Source: Alphaproteobacteria bacterium
GTDB lineage: Bacteria; Pseudomonadota; Alphaproteobacteria; Rhodobacterales; Rhodobacteraceae
Reading direction: 5' to 3'
Assembly: GCA_030428915.1 (NCBI GenBank)
Contig: JAUIDM010000001.1
Span: 1-62,326 of the forward strand
DNA: 62,326 bases
Shown here one piece after another: positions 1-8,942 of this stretch. The position numbers and the translations under genes are program-made. Position 1 is the stretch's first letter. Every line of letters starts with the position of its first letter. The notes beneath the pieces were generated by a model. The model was not told the origin of the DNA. It did no database searches and saw nothing but the letters and a program-made list of their open reading frames with translations.

Positions 1-33
1 ATTCTGGACACCCATTTCTGTACAGTGCGTGTC

Positions 34-252
34 GGGAGTGGGCAAAACTTGGGGGTCTTGCGATTTCTTCGTCCCGGTCTGAGGGCTGCGTAGACGATAT
101 CGGCAACACCCGCATGGGAAAGCACCGCCGAATGAGATGGTCGCCCAAGGGAGCACACCGCGTGGCCGTTGTCCGCGCCGCCGTTCTCGACGGTCGGCTA
201 ACCGGCGCGTACCAAAGAGCAACCGCAAGACCCCCAAGTTTTGCCCACTCCC
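34..252. mobile_element. Miniature ISKra4-family derivative (MITE-like) with perfect 29-bp terminal inverted repeats
   Basis: GGGAGTGGGCAAAACTTGGGGGTCTTGCG at 34-62 and its exact reverse complement at 224-252. The interior (from 63) translates ISSSRSEGCVDDIGNTRMGKHRRMRWSPKGAHRVAVVRAAVLDGRL, resembling the ISKra4 transposase C-terminus. TGTC flanks both ends (30-33, 253-256). Confidence 0.8.
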
Positions 253-295
253 TGTCAAGACCGCCCCGTCTCGCCGGACCTTCGCGGGCGCGGTC

Positions 296-1045
296 CTAGT
301 ACCGCACCACCTCATGCCCCACGTTCCCGAGATGATCCCGCCATTCGACCCCGACGGCACGGTAAAGCGCCGCGGCAGGTCGACAGGTGAGATTAACTCC
401 CATCCAGGCGGGTGCAGCGTGCGCCGAAGATCTGGACCAGCGGTAATCGCCCTGTGTCCCATAGATCCCGTGCCGCGCATTGTCGTATTCGATGCAGCCG
501 TTCCGGTCTGTGTAGCGGTGCCGGTACTCGACATGCCAAACCCGGATCGAGCGGACAAAATCGAACTCCGGCCCTCCGATATCGATATCAGCTGTCCCCG
601 AGGCGATCGCCTGCGCCAGCCGAAGCATGACATCGCCGGGAACTGGAGCGCTCTCCGGCTGGCGCAGGACGGCGGGCTCGGTCTTGGAACCGCGCCCGGT
701 CGTCAGCCGGCGATCCGACAGGGAGGAATCTGGCAACGCCGACTGTTCCCCGAGAGTGCCACGGCTTTCCGCAACGTCAAAGAGCCGATGAGCAAATTCT
801 GTTCCACCCATGTCCCGCAAGCTCGCGTGCATCGGGCAATTCCAGATTTGCAGGGGTGGTTCGACCGGCCAGGGCGTGATGCGCCGGATGAAGACTGCAC
901 GGGCGTGGGCGCATTCGGCCGAGGCGGGCCAGCCGCCTGCGAGACAGAGGAGGATCGCGCAATCGACCGGATAGGCTGCGGCAGGCAGGGCAGGGGCCAC
1001 GGCAAGGCCAAGTCCCAGGATAACAGAGGAGAGCAGAGATTTCAC
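296..1045 (-). CDS. Secreted Cys-rich T4SS-associated protein, TrbM/KikA-like (copy 1)
   Basis: Signal peptide followed by YPVDCAILLCLAGGWPASAEC; near-duplicate of 9779-10546. The family call rests on the C-x-I-L-L-C-L motif and context. Confidence 0.7.
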   Translation of the reverse strand: MKSLLSSVILGLGLAVAPALPAAAYPVDCAILLCLAGGWPASAECAHARAVFIRRITPWPVEPPLQIWNCPMHASLRDMGGTEFAHRLFDVAESRGTLGEQSALPDSSLSDRRLTTGRGSKTEPAVLRQPESAPVPGDVMLRLAQAIASGTADIDIGGPEFDFVRSIRVWHVEYRHRYTDRNGCIEYDNARHGIYGTQGDYRWSRSSAHAAPAWMGVNLTCRPAAALYRAVGVEWRDHLGNVGHEVVRY

Positions 1046-1392
1046 GGAAGGTCCTTTTCGGGTGGAGGGATGTCGAGGAAAGCGGAATAGGAAGAGGTCG
1101 CGGTGCGGGCTTCTTCAAGCGCCCGGGCGCGCTCGGTGTCGAGGCAGGCGATGTAATGGCTGACTTCCCGGAAATACCCCTCGAACTCGGCGGCGATTTC
1201 CGCGCGGTATTCGGCGAGAAGGGAAGCGGGCAGGGTGGTCATCGGCAGATCGGGCGGCAGGCAGAGCTCGGCCTCGGCTTGCCCCGAAACAGCGGAGACG
1301 CTCCAGAGGAGGGCAAAAAGCGCCGCGGCGCGGAGGATCCGCGTACCGCACCCCCGCCGCTCGACACGCTGGCTCTTACCTCTGATCCTCAC
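1042..1392 (-). CDS. Small secreted hypothetical protein divergent from virB module (start uncertain)
   Basis: Signal-like stretch then C-x-x-P...F-E-x-Y...Y-x-x-C-L-D-x-E-R-A-R-A; homologous to 11520-11771; stop overlaps the next start (ATGA-type). Confidence 0.65.
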   Translation of the reverse strand: MRIRGKSQRVERRGCGTRILRAAALFALLWSVSAVSGQAEAELCLPPDLPMTTLPASLLAEYRAEIAAEFEGYFREVSHYIACLDTERARALEEARTATSSYSAFLDIPPPEKDLP

Positions 1393-1642
1393 GCCAAAGC
1401 CTTTGTTTTCAGGGTTCCTGCAGGCACCGGTGCGACCCTCTCTTTTCCCGGGCTTCTTCCCAACGGCAGATAGTCTCAACCAGTCCTGCCGAGCGCCATA
1501 CGCACGCGCGTCATCCCTCGCATTACCCTCTTTTATCGTGTTTGTCATTTTTATGTTGAATGCGCCAGAGTTTCTGTTAGGCATCGTCACGCGGAACGTT
1601 CTCCGCTAGAACCACCCCGGTAGATCGACCCGAGGGGACAAC

Positions 1643-1981
1643 ATGGATACCAGACGGCGCGCATTGCCTGTCCTGCTGGAGCGGGACTTCCGGAAGATGG
1701 CCGCCACCGAAGGAGCGACGGTTGAGATCGAGTGTATCAGTGCGCCGAACCCCGACGGGCGGTTCTCGGGGGAGTGGCTCTTCTACGTGGTCGACGGGCA
1801 GGGCGAGCGGTTTCTCCTCGTCACGGCGCTTGCGCGGGAACGCATCGTCACCTCGCCGATCGGCATGTTCGGGCTCGCCTTCGGCAAGCTCGCGCTCGAT
1901 CATCTCGACGTGCCTTCTGTCGCTGGCGATGTCTGTCGCGGCATGCGGAGCCGCCCGGGCGGAGGTGATCCGCTGGACTGA
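1643..1981 (+). CDS. Conserved hypothetical protein at head of virB operon (copy 1)
   Basis: RBS GAGGGG upstream; similar to 11986-12342 (E-x-x-F-R...VE(I/V)xC...GxW...LLVTA). Confidence 0.7.
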   Translation: MDTRRRALPVLLERDFRKMAATEGATVEIECISAPNPDGRFSGEWLFYVVDGQGERFLLVTALARERIVTSPIGMFGLAFGKLALDHLDVPSVAGDVCRGMRSRPGGGDPLD

Positions 1982-2576
1982 GGCGGGGCAGGGGGCCGAG
2001 GTCCAACTCGCCTCCCTCAAGACCTCCGTACTGCGTTATGACGCGCGGGGGCGGCTCGTCGTTCCACCGCAATCTGTCCCGGAGGAAGAGTCCCGGGAAG
2101 AGGCGGGGGCGGGGTCGACCACTGCGCGGATCTCGCGCGGTATCGCGGCACCGGCGGCGGTGCTGCCGTCGATCCGGCTCATCGCGGCGCGCTACCAGGA
2201 TCACCCGGCGCTCCGGCGGCTCGATCTCTCGCCGCGGCAGTGGTCCGCGTTCTTCCAGGCGATGATCGCGGTCGAGAGCAATTACGCGCAAGGCGCTGTC
2301 AGCCGGGCCGGCGCGCGCGGCCTCGCGCAGCTCATGCCCGATACCGCGGCCTATCTCCGGGTCGACGCCAGCGACCCGATGGAAAACCTCGACGGCGGCG
2401 CGCGCTATCTCCTCGAGCAGATGGCGGCCTTCGAAAGCCTCGACCTCGCGCTCGCGGCCTATAATGCCGGACCCGAGGCGGTCCGCCAGTATGGCGGCGT
2501 GCCGCCCTATGCCGAGACGCGCAACCATATCACGCGGGTGATGGCCGCCTACGACCACATCCTCGGAGACCTCTGA
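1830..2576 (+). CDS. virB1: Lytic transglycosylase VirB1-like (start uncertain; TTG 1830 or ATG 1929)
   Basis: SLT motifs VES-NY, GARGLAQLMP, AAYNAG, PPYAET; first gene of a virB cluster. Confidence 0.85.
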   Translation: MRGNASSPRRSACSGSPSASSRSIISTCLLSLAMSVAACGAARAEVIRWTEAGQGAEVQLASLKTSVLRYDARGRLVVPPQSVPEEESREEAGAGSTTARISRGIAAPAAVLPSIRLIAARYQDHPALRRLDLSPRQWSAFFQAMIAVESNYAQGAVSRAGARGLAQLMPDTAAYLRVDASDPMENLDGGARYLLEQMAAFESLDLALAAYNAGPEAVRQYGGVPPYAETRNHITRVMAAYDHILGDL

Positions 2577-2594
2577 CCGGAAGGACCCCCCGAC

Positions 2595-2888
2595 ATGCGA
2601 CCCCCGATCCTGGCTCTTCTGGGCCTGAGCCTTTGCGCCCTGATGCTGGCCGAGCCGGCGACGGCCCAGGTGGTCTTCACCAAGGCCGAAAACGTGGCGA
2701 CGGGACTTCTCGCCTCCTTCCGCGGCACGCTCGCGACGGCCTTCTTCGGCATCGCCTTCGTCGTCACCGGCTTCTTCGCGGCCTTCAACCGGATCTCCTG
2801 GGCCTGGGTGGCGCTTGTCGTCGTCGGCGCCTTCCTCGTCTTCGCCGGCCCCGCGATCGTCGCGAACCTGCGCTCCTCCTTCAGCTGA
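2595..2888 (+). CDS. virB2: VirB2/TrbC pilin
   Basis: 97 aa with signal peptide (ATA|Q) and two hydrophobic helices, between virB1 and virB3. Confidence 0.8.
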   Translation: MRPPILALLGLSLCALMLAEPATAQVVFTKAENVATGLLASFRGTLATAFFGIAFVVTGFFAAFNRISWAWVALVVVGAFLVFAGPAIVANLRSSFS

Positions 2889-2901
2889 CGGGGGCGGGGG
2901 C

Positions 2902-3168
2902 ATGGAAAAGAGCGCGGTCATCCTCGGACTTTCGCGCCAGGCGCGGTTCCTCGGCCTGCCGATGCCCTATGCCATGGCCGTGGGCGCCATGACCGTCATG
3001 CCCTTCATCCTTTTCAAGCCCATTTGGTGGCTCCTGACGGCACCCCTCTGGTACGGGCTGGCGCGTATCGCCACCCGGGTAAACCCCAACGGCCATCACG
3101 TTTTCGCGGTGATGATGCGGGTGACGCCGGGCGCAGTGCTTCGGCGGGAGCGGCGTCATGTTTCTTGA
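2902..3168 (+). CDS. virB3: VirB3
   Basis: LGLSRQARFLGLP motif and two TM segments; overlaps virB4 start. Confidence 0.8.
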   Translation: MEKSAVILGLSRQARFLGLPMPYAMAVGAMTVMPFILFKPIWWLLTAPLWYGLARIATRVNPNGHHVFAVMMRVTPGAVLRRERRHVS

Positions 3169-5506
3169 GCGGCAGGTGGGACGGGCGCGGGCACTCATTC
3201 CCGCCGACCCGAAGATCTACGCGCATCTTCCTTACGTCATCGAGCTCAACGACGAGATCGTGCGCACGCGCGAGAACGGCCTCATGCTCTCGCTCGAGGT
3301 GACCGGCATCGACGGCGTCACCTCGGGCAGCTCGGCGATCACCGCGCTCCGGGCAGGCTTCGCGCATCTTCTCGACACGCTCGACAGCCGCTTCACCTTC
3401 TACCTGCACCGGATGATGCGCCCCGCCGAGACCGGACTCAAACCACTCCACGGGGCGGGCTTTGCCGCAGAGATCGACCGCGCCTGGGGCAGGGGGCTCG
3501 CGCGGAAGGGACTGCAGGAAAGCGTCCTCATCCTCACCGTCGTCCACCGTCCGGACGCGGGCCTGCCGGTGCCCTTCTTCGCCAAGGCGGCGGCGCGGGT
3601 CTGGGGCGAGGACACCGCAAGGCGGTGCGAGGAACTCCACGAAGTTGCCGCGATCCTCGAAACCGGCCTCGGCGTGACGACAAGGCGTCTCAGGATCAGC
3701 GACGGCAGCCTTCTCGGCTTCTACGCGAGCCTCCTGACCGGCGAGTTGCGCGCGCTCCCGAGAAGCCCGTTCTGCCTTCTCGCCGAAGATGCCGCCGCGG
3801 CGACGATCCGCTTTGGCCGGGGACACATCACCCTGGAGGAGGGGAGGGAGAGCCCTCGCACCGGCGCCGTTCTCTATGTGAAGTCCTATGCCACGGCGAC
3901 CTGGCCCGGCATGCTCGACGCGCTCGCCTCCAGCCCCGACACGATCGTCACCCACAGCTACACGCCGATCCCGCGCGACAGCATCGCCGAGCGCGTGAAG
4001 CGCCGCGTCGCGCAGATGCGCGCGGCCGAGGATATCGCCGCGAGTGTCGAGGCGCAGCTCTTCGAGGCCGCCGACAAGGCCGAGAGCGGCGCGCTCGGCT
4101 TCGGAACCCACCAGATGACGATCACCGTCTTCGCCGAGAATGCAGATGCCCTCGATGCCGAGGTCGCGCGCCTTCGCGGCCTCGCGCATCAAAACGGCAT
4201 GCGGCTCGAGCGCGAGGTGACCGCCCTCGAGGCCACGTTCTTCGCCATGCATCCGGGCAACATGGACTACCGCGCCCGCGACATGACGGTCTCGTCCCTG
4301 AACTTCGCCGACATGGCGGCGCTCCATGCCGCCGATACCGGGACGAAAAGGGCGAAACTTCCCTGGGCGACGCCGATCACGGTCTTCCCGACACTGCAGG
4401 GCACGCTCCACCGCTTCAGCTTCCACGAACCCGGCGATGCGGCGGCCGAACCCACCAACGGCCATACGCTCATCCTCGGCAAGTCCGGCGGCGGCAAGAC
4501 GACGACGGTGGCCTTCCTTGCCGCACAGGCGCAGCGCGCCGGCGGCCGCACCATCCTCTTCGACAAGGAAGAGGGCTTGAAGATGGCGGTCCATGCCTTG
4601 GGCGGGCGCTATGCGGGGATCCGCGCCGGGCGGCCGACCGGCCTCAACCCGCTCGGCTCGGAGACGGGCGCGCGCGGCGCGGCCTGGCTTCTTGACTGGC
4701 TCTCGGCGCTCCTCGAACATCGCGCCGCGCCGCTCACGCCCCTGCAATCCGAGGCGCTCAAATCCGCCATCACCCAGAACGGCGCGGCACGGGAGGGTTT
4801 GCGGAACTTCCGCGCCTTCCAGGAGCTTTTCGGCGATGTCGGCGACGGCATGGATCTGGCGCGGCGGATCGGCGAATGGGGCCCCGAGGGACGCTATTCC
4901 TGGGTCTTTGGGGCGGCCGATGAACCGGTCGTCGATCTCGGTGCCCAGGACGTGACCGCGGTCGATCTGACCGAGATCCTCGATCTCGGCACCGAGCGCA
5001 CCGCGATCCTCGGCTATCTCTTCCGCCGCATCGAGACGCTGATCGAGGAGAAGCGCCCGACGCTCATCGTCATCGACGAGGCCTGGAAAGTGCTTGATGA
5101 CGACTATTTCGCGAAGAAGCTCGCCGAATGGCTGGTGACGGCGCGGAAGAAGAACGTCGTCGTGGTTATGCTCACGCAGTTCCCGAGCCAGATCCGCGGC
5201 TCGAAAGCTCGCTCGATTCTCGAGGCGCTGCCGAATCAGCTCATCTTCCCGAATGGCGAAGCGGAAAGCGCGGACTACGACGGCTTCCGGCTCACGGACG
5301 GCGAGCTGGACTTCGTCCTCAATCCGATCCCGGGCCAGCGGATGATGCTCGCGCGCAGCCCGCGCGGGTCGACGATCCTCGATGTCGATCTCAGATCCCT
5401 CGGACCCATGCTCACCGCGCTCGGCGGCGGCCAGGCCGGGATCAATGCCTTCGGCGCCGATTACGAGACGCGGCCAGGGTTCTGGAAAACCCGGAAAGAA
5501 CAATAG
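3158..5506 (+). CDS. virB4: VirB4 ATPase (copy 1)
   Basis: Walker A GKSGGGKTT, Walker B IVIDEAW, ARKKN, NFADMAALH; 782 aa, intact. Confidence 0.95.
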   Translation: MFLERQVGRARALIPADPKIYAHLPYVIELNDEIVRTRENGLMLSLEVTGIDGVTSGSSAITALRAGFAHLLDTLDSRFTFYLHRMMRPAETGLKPLHGAGFAAEIDRAWGRGLARKGLQESVLILTVVHRPDAGLPVPFFAKAAARVWGEDTARRCEELHEVAAILETGLGVTTRRLRISDGSLLGFYASLLTGELRALPRSPFCLLAEDAAAATIRFGRGHITLEEGRESPRTGAVLYVKSYATATWPGMLDALASSPDTIVTHSYTPIPRDSIAERVKRRVAQMRAAEDIAASVEAQLFEAADKAESGALGFGTHQMTITVFAENADALDAEVARLRGLAHQNGMRLEREVTALEATFFAMHPGNMDYRARDMTVSSLNFADMAALHAADTGTKRAKLPWATPITVFPTLQGTLHRFSFHEPGDAAAEPTNGHTLILGKSGGGKTTTVAFLAAQAQRAGGRTILFDKEEGLKMAVHALGGRYAGIRAGRPTGLNPLGSETGARGAAWLLDWLSALLEHRAAPLTPLQSEALKSAITQNGAAREGLRNFRAFQELFGDVGDGMDLARRIGEWGPEGRYSWVFGAADEPVVDLGAQDVTAVDLTEILDLGTERTAILGYLFRRIETLIEEKRPTLIVIDEAWKVLDDDYFAKKLAEWLVTARKKNVVVVMLTQFPSQIRGSKARSILEALPNQLIFPNGEAESADYDGFRLTDGELDFVLNPIPGQRMMLARSPRGSTILDVDLRSLGPMLTALGGGQAGINAFGADYETRPGFWKTRKEQ

Positions 5507-5601
5507 TCCAATGACATCAATATATTACATAATCTTCATTACCGGACTCAGCTGTTTCGCGCGGGCGCCTCCTCGGACACGACGCCCAACTGCGCTCAGT
5601 T

Positions 5602-6615
5602 TTACCGTTGCAGAAACCTCAGGAAACCCACGCCGGACAAAATGCTGTACGGTAACCTTGAAAGAGAGGCGTGACCGCAGTTCAGGCGCATTACGCTCGG
5701 GTTCGCTCCAGCGTCCCTGAGCTTTCCGATGTACCTTTCGGTCAGCTCCGGCAAGACAACCTTGTCTCTCATTCCCAGCACGAAGTGAATGTCGAGATCG
5801 GGCCGGGCCAGCTTCGCGGCACAGGTCTCCACGTTGATCGGCTCCCACGCGCGGCGGAGCTCGTTCAACCCTATGCCGCCGGCCTCAATGCCCTTACGTA
5901 TGGTCTGCGAGGTCCGACCGGTCCAGACCACGTCGGCCGCGCTTCCGGCCGTGACGAAAAATGCCGCCTTGCGCACAACAGGCTCATGAGCCGTAAGGAA
6001 CCCGGCAACCCACCCTCCGAGGCTGATGCCGAGCACTGAGATCTTCTCGTAACCCTCGTCTTCGAGCCAGCGGATGATCCTGCGCCCATCCCAGACCCCT
6101 TGGCGGATGGACCGGATCGTACGCCCGAGATTCGGGCTGACAAACATGTCGGCGTGTGGGTGCCACGACGGGCTGCGCTCGAAATGATAGGGCAGCGCGA
6201 CTTCAACAATGGTGATACCGCGTTTCACCAGGTGCTTCGCGAACTTGGTGTAGCGCTGCTCCGCGCCCCAATGATGGAACGCGACCAGAACATGATCGCG
6301 CGAGCCGCTGCGTGTAATTCTTGCCCATGCCGTATTGTTCTCTTCCGTTTCGGTCGGAATCCCCGATGGAATCCTGATCCAGCCGTCCTTCTCCTGAAGG
6401 CCGACATGTGACGCACCCGGTTCGGTAAAAAAGTCCGGATCGTTGACCGATTGCTGCGCCAGGGCACAGAATTCCTCGATGTCCGTGACCTTGTCGGCGC
6501 TCGGGAAGGCAAGTTGTGTACCAAGCTCGAAGGGGAACAGGCGTCTCTTGCTGACGGCGAGCCGGGCGTCGTTCTCGTCGCACCGATCAAGCCATGCAAA
6601 CCATGGATTGTACAT
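5602..6615 (-). CDS. rcgR: RcgR-family alpha/beta hydrolase (conjugation regulator)
   Basis: Nucleophile elbow GISLGG, D-x-V-V and CGH catalytic His; WLDRCDE N-terminus; directly downstream of an rcgA-like gene. Confidence 0.8.
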   Translation of the reverse strand: MYNPWFAWLDRCDENDARLAVSKRRLFPFELGTQLAFPSADKVTDIEEFCALAQQSVNDPDFFTEPGASHVGLQEKDGWIRIPSGIPTETEENNTAWARITRSGSRDHVLVAFHHWGAEQRYTKFAKHLVKRGITIVEVALPYHFERSPSWHPHADMFVSPNLGRTIRSIRQGVWDGRRIIRWLEDEGYEKISVLGISLGGWVAGFLTAHEPVVRKAAFFVTAGSAADVVWTGRTSQTIRKGIEAGGIGLNELRRAWEPINVETCAAKLARPDLDIHFVLGMRDKVVLPELTERYIGKLRDAGANPSVMRLNCGHASLSRLPYSILSGVGFLRFLQR

Positions 6616-6616
6616 T

Positions 6617-8182
6617 CTAGGACCTCCGGGGAGATTGAAATTGCGCGAACAGCGGGTCGAAGAGGCTGTAGACGGCGAGCGTCGCGGATATCACAAGCAC
6701 GAGAGAGAAGCCGGTGAGACCGCCGATCAGGAAGAAACTGGTAACGAGCAGCCCCACGACCCCTGTCATCTTCGACCACGGAACATGCGGCTGCAGGCCA
6801 CCATCCTGGTTCCCCCTTGCGACACGCAGAATCCGCTGCAAGCAGAGAAGGAATATGGCCACGGTCGTGAAGAGCAGAAGGAAGCTCGAAAAATTCGCCA
6901 GGGCCTGCTGTCCGAGCGATCCGCTGCGATCCGCATGAAGACCCAAAACCGACCTGGCATCGCTGAGGAGCCAGTCGACGATGTTCGCTCCGTCCGACTG
7001 CAAGTATGAGGCCTGGAGCTTGATACAGAGGATCATCAGAAGCCCGAGAACGGTACCCCGGAATATGCGAATGAAGACGGCGGCCGCGACCGCAGGCGCA
7101 TCCGAGCAGGCATCGGGGTGCCGGCTGCGAGCCGAAGCACCGGATATCCTGTAAAGATCGTCCACGACTGTATAGATCAGGACAAGGCCTACCAGGTAGA
7201 GGAAGACGCAGGCAGCCGTGTAAAGGAACGCGAGCAACGTCAGAACAATCGCCTCGCGCTCGGATATGACATCGGGTCGCACCACCGCGATCAACGTCCA
7301 GTCCATCATCAGACTGCCCGCATCGCCCTTTAGAAGCGCCCGCAAATACACCCCTGACCATTGAACCAGAAAGACCAGAGCGGCGCAGATGAACAGAACC
7401 GTCCAGTAGGATTGGGAGAAGCTGTCAACTTGTTGCGTCCAGCCTTTGCGTTCGCTCGGGGGCAGAAGCCGCAACCGCCCGGTTCCCTTCCAGAAGGTCA
7501 ACAGCTCAATCACCTGCATCAGGTAAAGCGGCAGCAGCACCATGTTCAGGATCGTCCAGTTCGGCGCCCAGAGAAATCCAACCTGCTTTTCCAAGCCTAC
7601 CCTTGGCATGTAGGTCACGCTGTGCACACCCATCACATAGGCGATGAACCCAAGCGTGACGGAACCCGCCAGCACGAAGACCGGCAGGTTCAGCGAGGAT
7701 TCGTGGCTGAACAGCCCCTCCGTTCGCACCGCCAGCCCGCTTCGACCCGCAGAAACCGTATCATCGTCGTCTTCGACCACGCCCGTGGATGGCGTCTGCG
7801 GAACATCTTCATCGGCCCCGCGCCGCGCACGCCTTTCCGCCAACAACCGTGACTTCGCGGCGCTCAAATGGGCCTGCCATGCGCTCGTTGCATCGGGGTC
7901 GCCGCAGCCGAAGATCCTCGCCAGCCATCGAATGCTCTCCGGGCGGATGCCCTTGTCGTTGTCCTGAAACCAGAATTGCACGGTTCGCAGATCGACGCCG
8001 CTGCCATCGGCATCAATCAGGGAGATGGCCTCGGCCAGAAGTTCCGGCGTCCATGGCCCCTCAGGGACCCCATCCCCGTCCACCGGACGACCGGCGCCGG
8101 TTGCGGCCAAATGACTGAACAGCACCTTGAAATTGCTGCCGTCATTCGGCGGTGCGACATAGTACTTTCCGTTCTTGATCAA
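6617..8182 (-). CDS. rcgA: RcgA-family membrane protein (conjugation regulator)
   Basis: N-terminal KNGKYYVAPPNDGSNFK...GPWTPELLAEAIS...VDLRTVQFWFQ...IRWLARIFGC signature plus multiple TM helices; TTG start at 8182. Confidence 0.85.
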   Translation of the reverse strand: MIKNGKYYVAPPNDGSNFKVLFSHLAATGAGRPVDGDGVPEGPWTPELLAEAISLIDADGSGVDLRTVQFWFQDNDKGIRPESIRWLARIFGCGDPDATSAWQAHLSAAKSRLLAERRARRGADEDVPQTPSTGVVEDDDDTVSAGRSGLAVRTEGLFSHESSLNLPVFVLAGSVTLGFIAYVMGVHSVTYMPRVGLEKQVGFLWAPNWTILNMVLLPLYLMQVIELLTFWKGTGRLRLLPPSERKGWTQQVDSFSQSYWTVLFICAALVFLVQWSGVYLRALLKGDAGSLMMDWTLIAVVRPDVISEREAIVLTLLAFLYTAACVFLYLVGLVLIYTVVDDLYRISGASARSRHPDACSDAPAVAAAVFIRIFRGTVLGLLMILCIKLQASYLQSDGANIVDWLLSDARSVLGLHADRSGSLGQQALANFSSFLLLFTTVAIFLLCLQRILRVARGNQDGGLQPHVPWSKMTGVVGLLVTSFFLIGGLTGFSLVLVISATLAVYSLFDPLFAQFQSPRRS

Positions 8183-8472
8183 GGCAGGACAAACCACCAC
8201 TCATTCTGTTACGCTTTCCTTCACAATCCATCCTGCCTCTTCATCCCCAGATAGCAACACCTGATTGGAAACAATCTAAAGGTTATTCGCTTTGGGCAAC
8301 GCCGCGCCGCAACGATCCCTCGAGATCCGGGCGGCATAGCGCCGATCAAGGCCAAATTCGCGTAGGCGACCGATTGATCGAGGTATGAGGTTTGCGGGCG
8401 GGGAACAGAGCGGGTCAGGTCGGAACCTCGCGACGTTGTGGCCAGGCCATGTGTCTGCGGTCTTGTCTTAGA

Positions 8473-8500
8473 TTGACATTTGTCGCCCACTTACTATATT
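8473..8500 (+). promoter_or_regulatory. Sigma70 promoter of Xre-RES operon with palindromic operator
   Basis: TTGACA-16 bp-TATATT; palindrome GACA-TT-TGTC at 8475-8484. Confidence 0.7.
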
Positions 8501-8528
8501 CATGCCAATTGTCCAGGACACTTCGCTT

Positions 8529-8942
8529 ATGCCGCATCTCGACCGCATAGAATCCACGCACGCAGCGCCGCCGCCTCAATTCTCCATGCAAGAGGTGCAG
8601 GCGATGCAGCGCGCCTTTGTCAAACTGGCAGAGCTCTGGGGTCTGACCGACGACCAGGCGGCGGTTCTGATGGGAGATATTTCGGTCCGGACGTTTCAGC
8701 GCTGGAAGGCGGGCGAGCTTGGCCGTGCCGGCGTCGATACGGCGGCCCGGCTTTCGAACCTGATGGGCATTCACAAGGCGCTACGACTGCTCTTCAAGGA
8801 CCCCCGGCGCGGATACGGCTGGATCAAACGCGCCAACGAGACCTTCGGCGGCACCACCGCGCTCGATGTCATGCTGGGCGGTCAGATCACCGATATCATG
8901 CGAGTCAGGCGCTATCTCGATGCGATGCGGGGACCATGGTGA
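8529..8942 (+). CDS. Xre/MbcA/ParS-family antitoxin
   Basis: HTH (LWGLTDDQAAVLMG..SVRTFQRWK) plus C-terminal WI..AN..FGG..ALDVML...VRRYLDAMRG. ATG 8502 lies 1 nt after the -10 box, so ATG 8529 is preferred. Confidence 0.9.
   Translation: MPHLDRIESTHAAPPPQFSMQEVQAMQRAFVKLAELWGLTDDQAAVLMGDISVRTFQRWKAGELGRAGVDTAARLSNLMGIHKALRLLFKDPRRGYGWIKRANETFGGTTALDVMLGGQITDIMRVRRYLDAMRGPW

Noticed and set aside
1-33. CTGGACAC resembling the inner part of an IS3-family terminal repeat
   Set aside because: Truncated by the window edge and too short to support.
1591-1606. GGAACGTTCTC similar to the LacI operator, upstream of the first virB module
   Set aside because: Weaker symmetry, 53 kb from the regulator, and plausible by chance.
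3014-5503. 829-aa antisense ORF (likewise 27209-28825, 41318-43081, 46431-47963, 51636-53534)
   Set aside because: Shadow ORFs opposite well-supported genes in high-GC DNA; no recognisable motifs.
8480-8935. Long N-terminal extension of the RES ORF
   Set aside because: It overlaps the antitoxin gene and promoter; the real start is probably 8936 or 8939.
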